Sequence record: MT446416.1
Source of the DNA: Escherichia virus TH47
DNA: 64,000 nt
Strand: one strand, 5' to 3'
Positions 1-9,616 of this stretch are shown here, piece after piece. The notes beneath the pieces are model-generated. The model searched no databases and had not been told where the DNA came from. It worked only from the letters and a program-made list of their open reading frames with translations. Position numbers and translations under genes: made by a program. Within the stretch, counting starts at the first letter, position 1. Every line of letters starts with the position of its first letter.

Positions 1-31
1 TGATGACTTACCTCTTGATAGAAATAACCCA

Positions 32-1501
32 ATGTACAGTGATTATCAGCACATCCTAGATAGCATCACCAATGCTAAGTACTACGATGATATGAATGCA
101 TTTGATAACCTAGCACTTGAATCACAAACTTCCGAGTTAAAATGGGAAGTTGAAGGTGACGAAGTAGATCCGTACATAATCGACATTTCTGATATTAACC
201 CATCAGGAAGAAAGATTGGTCAGATTCGCTTCACAGTTGATGGTTATGGATTCAATAGTGTTTCACGAGTTCAATTGAGAGACAATAGTAGATATAAAAC
301 TGAAGGTATGGTTATTATCAACCCTTATAAAACAACAGAAGCAATTGTTAGTATTCCTTCTTACGCTAAGATTGAAAATGATATTAGTAAATCATACAGT
401 AAGTATGATGAAAAATACTTCTATAAAATTAAATCAATTGTTAGTGATACAGAAGCTGAAGTAATTGACAATACCCTATCTGATGGTGATAAGGTTATGA
501 TATTCACAACTGATGGTGAAGATTATGTGAGATACCAAAACAATGCATGGGAAACCATCTTGAGTGTATCAAAAATCAAAACTGACACCACACCAACCTT
601 GTACACAGTAAGAAACACTGCGAACGGAACTGTAGAACTACTAGATAGTACTGGAGTTGTACTTCGTTATGATAACATCACTAAACAACAGAATGAACCA
701 GCAATACCTCTAGCATTGAACATCGTTCGTATTAGAACCTTTGCTGATCCAGAATTCTTGGTTGATGGTGTTAAGTTGTATGAAACAAATAGAAATTATG
801 CTATCGACGCAATGAACTATGAAGTATTCTACGACACAACACTATACGGTGGTTCTTATAATGATGGAATTACACCAGATGACGTTGATGTTTGGGTAGT
901 GTCTAACGAGATATTTGAAGTTGATGGTGTTACCATTGATAACGGATATAACTTACCAATTACTGGTGCAGGTGTTCTTAGTGAGTTAGTGAGAACAAAA
1001 ATGACTGATAGTGTGGAAATTAACGTGTTCGAGTATGATGTTGGTATTATTCAACCTGTACTGAATGCTGAAGGGGTATGGGAATATGCATATCCACTAG
1101 TTAGTGATACATATATTGGTGTAGTTGGTGGAACAGTAACTAACATTACTGCTATCAGTGAAGAAAATGCTACTTATGTTTCACAACCAGATTCAGTTAG
1201 TCCATATAGTGTTACTAATAATGTTCTATCTGGTGCTGGTGCAAGTATGAATGATATTATTTCTCTTGGTTTTGAAAAAGTTGAAGTACGATTTGCAAAT
1301 AACTTACTCCGTGGGGTAATGTATAGTGCAGAACACGACTTTAAAGAGAATGTGACATATTCATTTAATGGATTGAACTTAGGTAAAGTTAATTTACTAA
1401 AACGTTATAGTGTTAACAGTTATCCAATCGAACTATCGGTTTACTCCGATAGTTTGCAAATAAGTGGTAATGACATTAAAAATCTATTAGAAGTTAAATA
1501 A
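32..1501 (+). CDS. hypothetical protein, probable virion (tail/baseplate module) protein
   Basis: 489-aa ORF with ATG start, followed directly by a hairpin terminator; no catalytic motif recognised; lies in the structural/fibre cluster. Confidence 0.55.
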   Translation: MYSDYQHILDSITNAKYYDDMNAFDNLALESQTSELKWEVEGDEVDPYIIDISDINPSGRKIGQIRFTVDGYGFNSVSRVQLRDNSRYKTEGMVIINPYKTTEAIVSIPSYAKIENDISKSYSKYDEKYFYKIKSIVSDTEAEVIDNTLSDGDKVMIFTTDGEDYVRYQNNAWETILSVSKIKTDTTPTLYTVRNTANGTVELLDSTGVVLRYDNITKQQNEPAIPLALNIVRIRTFADPEFLVDGVKLYETNRNYAIDAMNYEVFYDTTLYGGSYNDGITPDDVDVWVVSNEIFEVDGVTIDNGYNLPITGAGVLSELVRTKMTDSVEINVFEYDVGIIQPVLNAEGVWEYAYPLVSDTYIGVVGGTVTNITAISEENATYVSQPDSVSPYSVTNNVLSGAGASMNDIISLGFEKVEVRFANNLLRGVMYSAEHDFKENVTYSFNGLNLGKVNLLKRYSVNSYPIELSVYSDSLQISGNDIKNLLEVK

Positions 1502-1507
1502 CAAAAA

Positions 1508-1536
1508 GGAGAGCAAATGCTCTCCTTTTCTTTTTT
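1508..1536. terminator. bidirectional rho-independent terminator
   Basis: perfect stem GGAGAGCA/GCTCTCC with A-run upstream and T-run downstream, between convergent genes. Confidence 0.65.
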
Positions 1537-3823
1537 ACGCAATAACTTTTTCTACTGCTTTAGTTCGTTTAGGTTTGATTGCCAATTTACCATCAATCAC
1601 ATCAAACGTTACGTTACCACCATTAACCAGAGAACCACACAACATCTCTTTAGCTAGTGGGACACGGATGTTTTGCTCAATAGTGCGTTTCATTGGACGT
1701 GCACCCATTCCAACTTTAACACCATTTGTTGCCAACCACTCACGAGCCGCTTTGGTCAGTGAAACTTTAACTTTGCGGTCTTTGATTTGTTCATTCAAAC
1801 TTCCCATGAACTTATCAATGATGCTGTCAATCGCTTCGCTGCTTAGGTCTTTGAATGTCACAATACTATCGATACGGTTGATGAATTCAGGTGGCAAGAA
1901 TGCTTTAATCGCTTTATCTTGTGCTGTATCACTACCGCTCATCCCAATACTACGCTTGGTTGAATCTGCTGCACCAAGGTTAGTCGTCATAATAACAGTT
2001 ACGTTATTGAAGTAAACAGTTTTACCTTGTGAACCAGTCAAACGTCCTTCGTCCAGAACCTGTAGGAAGGTTAGTAGTACTTTACGATCAGCTTTTTCGA
2101 TTTCATCGAGCAACAGTACTGCATTCGGGAACTGCTCAATCTTGTCGAGTAGCAGACCGTTACCAGAATCGTGACCAACATAGCCTGGAGGTGAACCAAT
2201 CAGTTTAGCAACAGTATGTTCCTGTGAAAACTCGGACATATCGAAACGAATCAGTTCAGAACCAGTTGCATCAGCCAGTGCTTTGGTAATTTCAGTTTTA
2301 CCAGTACCAGATGGCCCAACAAACATGAATGCACCTTGAACACTTGATTTATCACGCAGACCAGCACGAGCTACCATCACGTTATCAACCAGTTTCTGTA
2401 CTGCTTCTTCTTGACCGTATACACGAGAACGGAGTGCATCTGGTAGATTACGCATACGTTCACTTTCAGTGCAAGCAACCACGTTAATATCTAGGTTTGC
2501 GATACCTGCAACAACTTCTTGAATCAGTGCAACAGTGATGATGTTATCATCAGTTTCACGAGAACGTACTTTCGCTGCCGCCGCATCCATTAGGTCGATT
2601 GCTTTGTCAGGGAAGTGTTTGTTCTTCAGGAACTTATCACTTAGTGTAATAACTGCATCCATTGCTTCAGTACTGAACTCTACGTTATGGAAAGTTTCAT
2701 AAGTAGATTTCAAACCATTCACAATCGCACGGGTTTCATCAATTGATGGCTCAACTACATCAATTTTCATGAAACGACGAGTTAGTGCACTATCTTTTTC
2801 GATGTTTTTACGATATTCATCGTAAGTTGTTGCACCGATTACACGAATCTCACCACGAGATAGTGCAGGTTTGAGCATGTTGCTCATATCCATAGAACCG
2901 TTGCTTGCTGAACCAGCACCAACCATAATATGGATTTCATCGATGAACACAATAGTGTTTTCACGTTTCTTCAGTTCTTTTAGTAGGTTATCGATACGTT
3001 CTTCGAACTCACCACGGTACTTAGTACCAGCAGTCAGTGCACCTACGTTCAGAGACAGAATTTCAACATCTTTAAGATGCTCTGGTACTTCACCATCAGC
3101 GATTGCCTGTGCTAGACCATCAATGATTTGAGTTTTACCAACACCAGCTTCACCAGTCAGGATGGCATTCTTCTTAGTCTTACGGGCCAGAGTTTCAATC
3201 AGTGCAGAAAGCTCTTTCTGGCGACCAATCATTGGGTCAAGTTTACCTTCTTTTGCAAGTGCTGTTAGGTTAGTGGTGTAATCTTCTAAACCTTTTTGTT
3301 TGGACGATGGTTGCTGTTGTGCCACTTTTTTCTCCCCAGTTGGCTCATCACTAATGCTTTGAAGGTTGATTCCGTTGTCGATTGCTTCTACGTGCTTCTG
3401 TAGAGTTCGTGCTGCTTCAGTACAAGTGATACCCTCTTCACGCAATGCTGCTTCTAGTGCAGTATTTGGGAAGGACAAACACTCAAACAGTACAAAATAA
3501 GCATCAATTGAGAAATCATCACGTTTAAGTTGCTCAATTACTGATTTCTTAGAAAGTTCCTGAACTACACGGTTCACGAGAAGTGATGTGCGGTTCGCTT
3601 CATCACCATCAGCACTTTTAGGTGCATGTGGGAATGTTGTATTCTTCAGATATGCAATCAAACGACCGTGTAGGTTGTCTGCATCGATGTTCATATCTTC
3701 AAATACTGCTTTGATGCTATCGATTGTCAGTACTGTAGCACTTAGATGGTCAATAGTCAAGAAGGTATGACCCAGAGAAGTTGCCAGTTCGTCGCTTTTT
3801 TTGAATAATTGGGTAAGATTCAT
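1535..3823 (-). CDS. ClpA-like two-domain AAA+ unfoldase (Clp ATPase family)
   Basis: Clp N-domain-like N-terminus; two Walker A motifs (GEAGVGKT, GPSGTGKT) and Walker B motifs (VFIDEIH, LLLDEIEKA); start placed at ATG with AGGAGA RBS (ORF track starts at upstream GTG 3847). Confidence 0.9.
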   Translation of the reverse strand: MNLTQLFKKSDELATSLGHTFLTIDHLSATVLTIDSIKAVFEDMNIDADNLHGRLIAYLKNTTFPHAPKSADGDEANRTSLLVNRVVQELSKKSVIEQLKRDDFSIDAYFVLFECLSFPNTALEAALREEGITCTEAARTLQKHVEAIDNGINLQSISDEPTGEKKVAQQQPSSKQKGLEDYTTNLTALAKEGKLDPMIGRQKELSALIETLARKTKKNAILTGEAGVGKTQIIDGLAQAIADGEVPEHLKDVEILSLNVGALTAGTKYRGEFEERIDNLLKELKKRENTIVFIDEIHIMVGAGSASNGSMDMSNMLKPALSRGEIRVIGATTYDEYRKNIEKDSALTRRFMKIDVVEPSIDETRAIVNGLKSTYETFHNVEFSTEAMDAVITLSDKFLKNKHFPDKAIDLMDAAAAKVRSRETDDNIITVALIQEVVAGIANLDINVVACTESERMRNLPDALRSRVYGQEEAVQKLVDNVMVARAGLRDKSSVQGAFMFVGPSGTGKTEITKALADATGSELIRFDMSEFSQEHTVAKLIGSPPGYVGHDSGNGLLLDKIEQFPNAVLLLDEIEKADRKVLLTFLQVLDEGRLTGSQGKTVYFNNVTVIMTTNLGAADSTKRSIGMSGSDTAQDKAIKAFLPPEFINRIDSIVTFKDLSSEAIDSIIDKFMGSLNEQIKDRKVKVSLTKAAREWLATNGVKVGMGARPMKRTIEQNIRVPLAKEMLCGSLVNGGNVTFDVIDGKLAIKPKRTKAVEKVIA

Positions 3824-3861
3824 GTATTCTCCTAAATGAGTAGTCACTCTAATTAATAAAC

Positions 3862-3889
3862 ATTATATCACATTCTTTGCGTTTGTCAA
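3862..3889 (-). promoter_or_regulatory. sigma70 consensus promoter (TTGACA-N16-TGaTATAAT) driving the ClpA-like gene
   Basis: minus-strand reading gives TTGACA, 16-nt spacer, extended -10 TGATATAAT, about 35 nt upstream of the ATG; same 13-nt -10 block as the two copies at 27336-27457. Confidence 0.65.
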
Positions 3890-3931
3890 CAAGGTAAATA
3901 AAGATATACCCGATTTATTTTGGAGACAAAC

Positions 3932-5428
3932 ATGACATACAGAATGTGGAAAAAAGGTAGAACCAATGATTACAAGTTCATTGACTCTGCCATAGCAGAA
4001 CAATACAACATCGGTGGTGTTGACATGTGGCTTTATGCCTATGTCGGACCAAAACAAGTCGCTGATAACACTGATTTATCATATGGCGGTGATTATTATG
4101 GTTCAGATAGTACCGTTGTGTCAAGCATTGGTGATTTAATTTTTGGTGACACTCCAAGTCGTAACTATAATCTCGAAGCTATCACCTTAAGTTGCGTCTA
4201 CCAAGTCCAAGAAGCAACTCCTGACTTGAAAATCCCAGGATTGTTCTTCAACTTTAACACTATGGACATCACAATTCATTATAACACAATGATTCAGCGT
4301 TTGGGAAGAAAAATTATGCCAGGTGACGTAATCGAACTCCCTAACTTACGTGATTTTGATGTACTTGGTAAAGATTCTGGTTTAAATCGCTTCTATGTAG
4401 TACAAGATGGGTTTAGAACATCAGAAGGTTACTCAGTTACATGGCAACATCACATTTACAAACTCCGTGTTAAACCTCTTACTGATTCACCAGAGTATTC
4501 AGACCTTCTAGGTAACAATAACTACCCTGATGACCCAGATGAACCAAACAACGGCAATGGTAATACTGATGATGGCTCTTCAGAGAACAGCAGCTATGGT
4601 AATGAAATGGACATTATGAACCGTATCATTATGCAAGCTGATGATGAAGTACCATACATTCATTTTACTAACGAACACTTGTTCGATGACAGACCAGATA
4701 CCGTTGATTTGTCTAAGTATATGCTAAATGGATACGAATTACCAGAGGAACCAGCAAATAAAATGTATTTCCTCAAGAAAACTTACCCAGTACTGAAAGA
4801 ACTATCTAATGATACATGGATTTCTGTAGAAGTCAAGCGTGGAACAATCTTTCCTCGCAAACCGATGGATGGTGACTTCTTCTTTAAAGAAAACGAGGCT
4901 GATGTCACTGGCTTCTCATTGTATCAATACGATAAATCTGCCAAAAAGTGGCTAAATTGTGATGTTGAGTATACTACAGAAAGCACACCACCACAAGGGG
5001 TTGATGATTTTTATATTGAATACAAAGAACCACACATTTATCAGTACTTAAATGGTAAATGGGGAGAACCAGAAGTAACTTACGTTAATGACCCATTCAC
5101 TTCTAATAGTGTTTATGGAAATATCGATTCACAACAAGATTATCGTCCTAAGATTCCTCCAGCACGAGGTACAGTTCCTGAAGGTAATATGTTCCCAAGT
5201 GATGCAGTTGATGGTGATTACTACTATCGTACCGATTATACACCAGTAACCCTATGGGAATACAGTGCATCCAAGAATTCTTGGGTGATTTTCGATTACG
5301 GTGGTAGAAAACCGTGGGAAGGTGCAGATCTTGCTCTAACAGAATTTGTTAATAGCCCGAACCGTGTACCATTACATGATGCAGTTAAACCTAATACAGC
5401 GTATCGTATACATAAGGATTCAGAATGA
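3932..5428 (+). CDS. hypothetical protein, possible virion (neck/tail completion) protein
   Basis: ORF with GGAGA RBS 6 nt before ATG 3932 (track starts at TTG 3920); stop overlaps next start (ATGA); no motif recognised. Confidence 0.6.
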   Translation: MTYRMWKKGRTNDYKFIDSAIAEQYNIGGVDMWLYAYVGPKQVADNTDLSYGGDYYGSDSTVVSSIGDLIFGDTPSRNYNLEAITLSCVYQVQEATPDLKIPGLFFNFNTMDITIHYNTMIQRLGRKIMPGDVIELPNLRDFDVLGKDSGLNRFYVVQDGFRTSEGYSVTWQHHIYKLRVKPLTDSPEYSDLLGNNNYPDDPDEPNNGNGNTDDGSSENSSYGNEMDIMNRIIMQADDEVPYIHFTNEHLFDDRPDTVDLSKYMLNGYELPEEPANKMYFLKKTYPVLKELSNDTWISVEVKRGTIFPRKPMDGDFFFKENEADVTGFSLYQYDKSAKKWLNCDVEYTTESTPPQGVDDFYIEYKEPHIYQYLNGKWGEPEVTYVNDPFTSNSVYGNIDSQQDYRPKIPPARGTVPEGNMFPSDAVDGDYYYRTDYTPVTLWEYSASKNSWVIFDYGGRKPWEGADLALTEFVNSPNRVPLHDAVKPNTAYRIHKDSE

Positions 5429-6768
5429 AAATAGATTATTATTATGATGGTCAATTTCGTCGAGTACTGAAACATCTTATCAGAGTGTTTGGTGAATTTC
5501 AAGTACAAAATGGTGTTGATGCTGACGGAAAACCAAAATATAAGAAAGTTCCTTGCCGCTATGCAGATATTTCACGTATGGCAGCAGCAATTATTAATGG
5601 TAACAGTGAGAACGTGCTTCCAACAGCACCAATCATGACCATTAGTGTAAACCAACTTAAACTAGATCGCAAGTCAGTTCGTTCAAACGCAAATGAAACA
5701 TTAGTTATGGGGACTAACAAGTCCCCTGGAATTAACGAATATACTAAAGACTTAGATAAACAGTATAAAGTAACTCGTCATAACCCAGTACCTTGGACAT
5801 TTACGTTTGATGTTAATATTTGGGTTACACAAACACAAACTAAAATGGAACTATTTGAGCAAATTTCAACATTGTTTGCTCCTAGTATTCAATTACAACT
5901 CTCCGAGAACCCACTGGATTGGACATCATTGAGTGATGTGGAGTTGATTGACTGTCAATTTACTACTCGTGGTTTCCCACAAGGAACCGATAGTGATTTG
6001 GATATAATGGTATTGACATTTGAAACCACAATTTGGTTCTCTTTGCCAGCTATTGTTGAGAAACCAAAACTTATCCAACAAATCACCACCAATATTAAAG
6101 GTGCTCGTGATGAACTTGATTTTGAAATTGGTAATTACTCGGATATCATTACTGATGTATTCACACCAAAGAACTTATGTATTAAAGTTGATGAAATAAC
6201 AAACTCTGAACTTAATATCCCAGATACTTACCAACTCACTCTTGTTAGTCAATCACTATCAGAAACATCACCAAATGGTGGGATTTATTCATGGGAAAAA
6301 TACCTTAAGTACTTGGACCCAGAATATGAAGACAAGACTGTAGGTATTAAATTCCAACAAGCTATAGAAGAGGATAACCCACTAAAAGGACATATCTCTT
6401 CATTTGGGGAAGGGGCTGATTCTAACAAGATTGTAGTTCAGCTTGATAATAGTAATTATACTGTTGATTATACAATACATGGATTCATTAGTAAAGACTC
6501 TTTGTTATATAACGCACTACCTGAACAATATTATGTAAATAATAGCATACATAACATCATTTACAAAGAGACTGAAATCCCAGCGAACTATTTGTTTAAA
6601 ATTACCAATGATGGAGCAGAACTTATTGAGCCATCGCGAGTACACCACTATGTTTATAATATGGAAGATAGTGGATATTATAGATATAATGACAAATTCA
6701 AATGGCATAAGAGTATTATGTCAGTATATCGTCAGGGATATTGGAAAATAACTTTCACTGACAAATAA
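5425..6768 (+). CDS. hypothetical protein, possible virion (neck/tail completion) protein
   Basis: 447-aa ORF translationally coupled to the upstream gene; AAGGA RBS; no catalytic motif. Confidence 0.6.
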   Translation: MKIDYYYDGQFRRVLKHLIRVFGEFQVQNGVDADGKPKYKKVPCRYADISRMAAAIINGNSENVLPTAPIMTISVNQLKLDRKSVRSNANETLVMGTNKSPGINEYTKDLDKQYKVTRHNPVPWTFTFDVNIWVTQTQTKMELFEQISTLFAPSIQLQLSENPLDWTSLSDVELIDCQFTTRGFPQGTDSDLDIMVLTFETTIWFSLPAIVEKPKLIQQITTNIKGARDELDFEIGNYSDIITDVFTPKNLCIKVDEITNSELNIPDTYQLTLVSQSLSETSPNGGIYSWEKYLKYLDPEYEDKTVGIKFQQAIEEDNPLKGHISSFGEGADSNKIVVQLDNSNYTVDYTIHGFISKDSLLYNALPEQYYVNNSIHNIIYKETEIPANYLFKITNDGAELIEPSRVHHYVYNMEDSGYYRYNDKFKWHKSIMSVYRQGYWKITFTDK

Positions 6769-6780
6769 GGAGGTGTTGTT

Positions 6781-7245
6781 ATGAATGAAGCAGTAGGTGC
6801 TATATTTTTATCTAAAAGTACTGGACACATGATGTTAAACTTGAGATCAGAAAGAAGTACGTATTCTAACAACTGGGCATTTGTTGGTGGGAAGCTTGAG
6901 TATAATGAAACTCCGTTACAGGGTCTTATGCGTGAGATTAAAGAAGAGCTAGGTGATTCTATTCCAACGATAATAGATATTATACCATTTGATGTATTTT
7001 GTACGAAGAATGGTAAATTTAAATATTATTCATTTGTCATTGTAGTTGAAAATGAATTCGTACCTACTTTAAATCATGAGAGTTCTGGTTATGCATGGGT
7101 TAAGATTGGCTCATGGCCCAAACCATTACATCCTGGTGCAAAAAACACATTACTTAACACAAATTTAATGAAGGATTTCTATTCATTGTGGGAAAGTATA
7201 CGACAAGGTACACAGTTTGTCAACAGCTTACCATATCGATATTAA
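6781..7245 (+). CDS. Nudix hydrolase
   Basis: Nudix box GGKLEYNETPLQGLMREIKEELG (G-x5-E-x7-REUxEExGU); strong RBS AAGGAGG. Confidence 0.85.
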   Translation: MNEAVGAIFLSKSTGHMMLNLRSERSTYSNNWAFVGGKLEYNETPLQGLMREIKEELGDSIPTIIDIIPFDVFCTKNGKFKYYSFVIVVENEFVPTLNHESSGYAWVKIGSWPKPLHPGAKNTLLNTNLMKDFYSLWESIRQGTQFVNSLPYRY

Positions 7246-7251
7246 TAAAAA

Positions 7252-7280
7252 AAGGAGCCAATGGCTCCTTTTTTCTTTTT
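7252..7280. terminator. bidirectional rho-independent terminator
   Basis: stem GGAGCCA/TGGCTCC flanked by A-run and T-run, between convergent genes. Confidence 0.65.
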
Positions 7281-8379
7281 ATACCCCAATTAGTGGGATA
7301 CCTGTTATATTAAGTAGAACAGATACTTGAAGCTTAACTGACTCACCTGCCGAAAGGTTGTTTACTATACCATCTACGCGGAACCCTAAGTTTTTATTAG
7401 AGTTAAGAGAGTTAATCACCCAGTTTTCGTAATCCGCTTTTGTAATACCATTCGGATTTGGGAGAGTTGGGTCAACACCATTAATTACCATAGATACATC
7501 CCAATTAGGGCGACTACTTGTAATTACATCCTTGATTGATTCTAGTTGTGTAATGCGACGTGGGTCTGGAATCTGACTTGCACCAATTGAACCAGGAACA
7601 AATTTACCTTGGTTATCAACATAGAACTGACCTTTAATGAAAAATGTTTTTGAATTATACGGAAGAGAAACAATTTCACCTGATGAATCACTAACTTCAC
7701 GAATCATAATTTTCAATTCATAAAAATAGTTACTACCAAATTCAAACACACCAGTACCATTTGTGAATGTTGTCCAGTTATTTGAATCAACCTGTGAAGT
7801 ACCACCCATATTGAAGTAAGCTAATGGCTTAGTACTGTTACTTTGTGTAAATTCAATATATTTCTTACCTGTATCATAGTTGATATCAAGTAGTGTGGAG
7901 TACTCTTTATTTTCTGGACGAGATGTTTGAATTTCACGCCATTCTTTATTTTTCATTAGGACACGAAGGGAATCACCATTACTGGTAAGAACCATACGAC
8001 CCATAATACTATTTTCACCATCTGGTACGGTGTTGAAAATTGAAATCATTGGGATAGATGCCCAGTCAGCTTCAGATGCAGTATCTACTGGCTGACGAGC
8101 ATTATCAACTAATGCAAGAAGTAGTTCGCCAGTGTTGCCAGTATTTCTGTACCAAATCTGACCATTAACGTTACCACGAGGTGCAGTTGCTCCACTGAAG
8201 TTCTCAACCAAGTGGAGGAAGTTTTCGTTCCATGCTTGACCGTAACCAACTTTATTTCGACCTGCAAAGTTTAACGGTACTGGGTTACTACCAGGTTGGT
8301 TTGGTCCTAATATTACGTTATTTGGAATGGTAGCATAAACGCTACCATTACTTCTATAAATTGTATAACTTACACTCAT
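7279..8379 (-). CDS. putative tail fibre / baseplate-associated protein
   Basis: 366-aa ORF, RBS AAGGTGA; Gly/Asn/Thr-rich beta-type composition typical of fibre proteins; no enzymatic motif. Confidence 0.5.
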   Translation of the reverse strand: MSVSYTIYRSNGSVYATIPNNVILGPNQPGSNPVPLNFAGRNKVGYGQAWNENFLHLVENFSGATAPRGNVNGQIWYRNTGNTGELLLALVDNARQPVDTASEADWASIPMISIFNTVPDGENSIMGRMVLTSNGDSLRVLMKNKEWREIQTSRPENKEYSTLLDINYDTGKKYIEFTQSNSTKPLAYFNMGGTSQVDSNNWTTFTNGTGVFEFGSNYFYELKIMIREVSDSSGEIVSLPYNSKTFFIKGQFYVDNQGKFVPGSIGASQIPDPRRITQLESIKDVITSSRPNWDVSMVINGVDPTLPNPNGITKADYENWVINSLNSNKNLGFRVDGIVNNLSAGESVKLQVSVLLNITGIPLIGV

Positions 8380-8391
8380 ATCATCACCTTA

Positions 8392-9000
8392 TTATTGTAG
8401 TTGGACACGAACTGTGTATTTGATTTGCAAAACACGGTTAGCACTTTTCTCAACTGGGTGAAAAATAATATGGGTAAGTGGAATACCGCTATCACCATTT
8501 GTATATAAACCCAATTCGTCAAATACATATGTCCCATCCATGCTAGTACCAGAGCTAACACCTTGGTCAGATGGCTCACCTAAACCTAATGTACAAATAC
8601 AGACGATATCAGTGTAAGCTTGGCCTGGAATGTGAACAGTTGTAATGTTGTTATATTGTGAATCAATACCAGCAGAGATACGTGGGTTGATTTTTTTCAG
8701 ATAAGTCTGAGAATATAGACCACCGAAAGAAGTAACGCGTGGTTTCTTGTATGTGATACGACCAGTACTCAAAACTACTGTTCCACCATTACCAAAACGC
8801 ATCTCACTAATAGATCCAATAGGAATACCAGTACTATCTTGATTATAAGCCAACGCATTAGCAATAGCAGTACTCATATTTTCAGGGTGAATTGCGTTTG
8901 ATTTATCCAAAACGATTTTTTGGTTAGATGGATCAGTAACGTCAGTAATTAGTACATGACCCTTAACAAATAGTTTTGGTTGTTCTGTTTCTAATTTCAT
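8392..9000 (-). CDS. hypothetical virion protein (fibre-attachment-like)
   Basis: 202-aa ORF with AAGGA RBS; C-terminal ELGLYTNGDSG motif resembles phage tail-collar/fibre N-domains. Confidence 0.45.
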   Translation of the reverse strand: MKLETEQPKLFVKGHVLITDVTDPSNQKIVLDKSNAIHPENMSTAIANALAYNQDSTGIPIGSISEMRFGNGGTVVLSTGRITYKKPRVTSFGGLYSQTYLKKINPRISAGIDSQYNNITTVHIPGQAYTDIVCICTLGLGEPSDQGVSSGTSMDGTYVFDELGLYTNGDSGIPLTHIIFHPVEKSANRVLQIKYTVRVQLQ

Positions 9001-9009
9001 TTCTAATCC

Positions 9010-9507
9010 TTAGTAGTTAATTAAAATTTGTTCTAACTTACCAGCTAAACTTTTTTGTACATCAGATGGATACTTGCTAATGTAATCACGGTCAATACCA
9101 ACTTTCAGATAGGTAAAGTTTCCGGTTAAGGTTTCAGCGAATGTACCAGTTGTACCTTGTTCTCTAATAAGGTCACCACCATTTGGGTTAAGAATGACAT
9201 TATCAGTAAATTCAAGATAGAAGTTGCAGCTTTCGGTAAATTTAATTGGGAACCAATCATCGTCCGATGGATTACTTGCCAGTGTAGCGAGTACGTAAAT
9301 TCTACCAATGAAGTTACGTAGGGTAAAGGATATTGTATGTAATCCTGTAGTACTACCATAATAGCCGCCACTAGCTAATGATAATGTTTGTTCGTTCCAA
9401 TGATAATCTAAGTTAGCAGGATACCAGCTATCTGATTCAGGAAATTCTTGCCATGAACCATCTTTAGTTTTTCTTTTGAAGAGGAAGTCTTTTGATCTTA
9501 ATGCCAT
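9010..9507 (-). CDS. hypothetical virion protein
   Basis: 165-aa ORF, RBS AAGGG; first gene of a 3-gene minus-strand operon divergent from the fibre genes. Confidence 0.5.
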   Translation of the reverse strand: MALRSKDFLFKRKTKDGSWQEFPESDSWYPANLDYHWNEQTLSLASGGYYGSTTGLHTISFTLRNFIGRIYVLATLASNPSDDDWFPIKFTESCNFYLEFTDNVILNPNGGDLIREQGTTGTFAETLTGNFTYLKVGIDRDYISKYPSDVQKSLAGKLEQILINY

Positions 9508-9616
9508 TGTTAAGCCCTTTTAGTAGTGAACTTTCATTTATTTATTAATGGCAACGAAATGTATTTTGTACTGATAAATATTGGTATATGACATTAACTC
9601 ATACAAGGGAAATATT

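Noticed and set aside
1575-3770. Plus-strand ORFs of 146, 86 and 60 aa overlapping the ClpA-like gene
   Set aside because: Antisense to a gene with unambiguous Clp ATPase motifs; no independent signals.
9581-9616. TTG-initiated N-terminal extension of the collagen-like fibre gene
   Set aside because: The ATG at 9617 has a well-placed AAGGGAAA RBS; the upstream TTG has none and overlaps the divergent promoter region.
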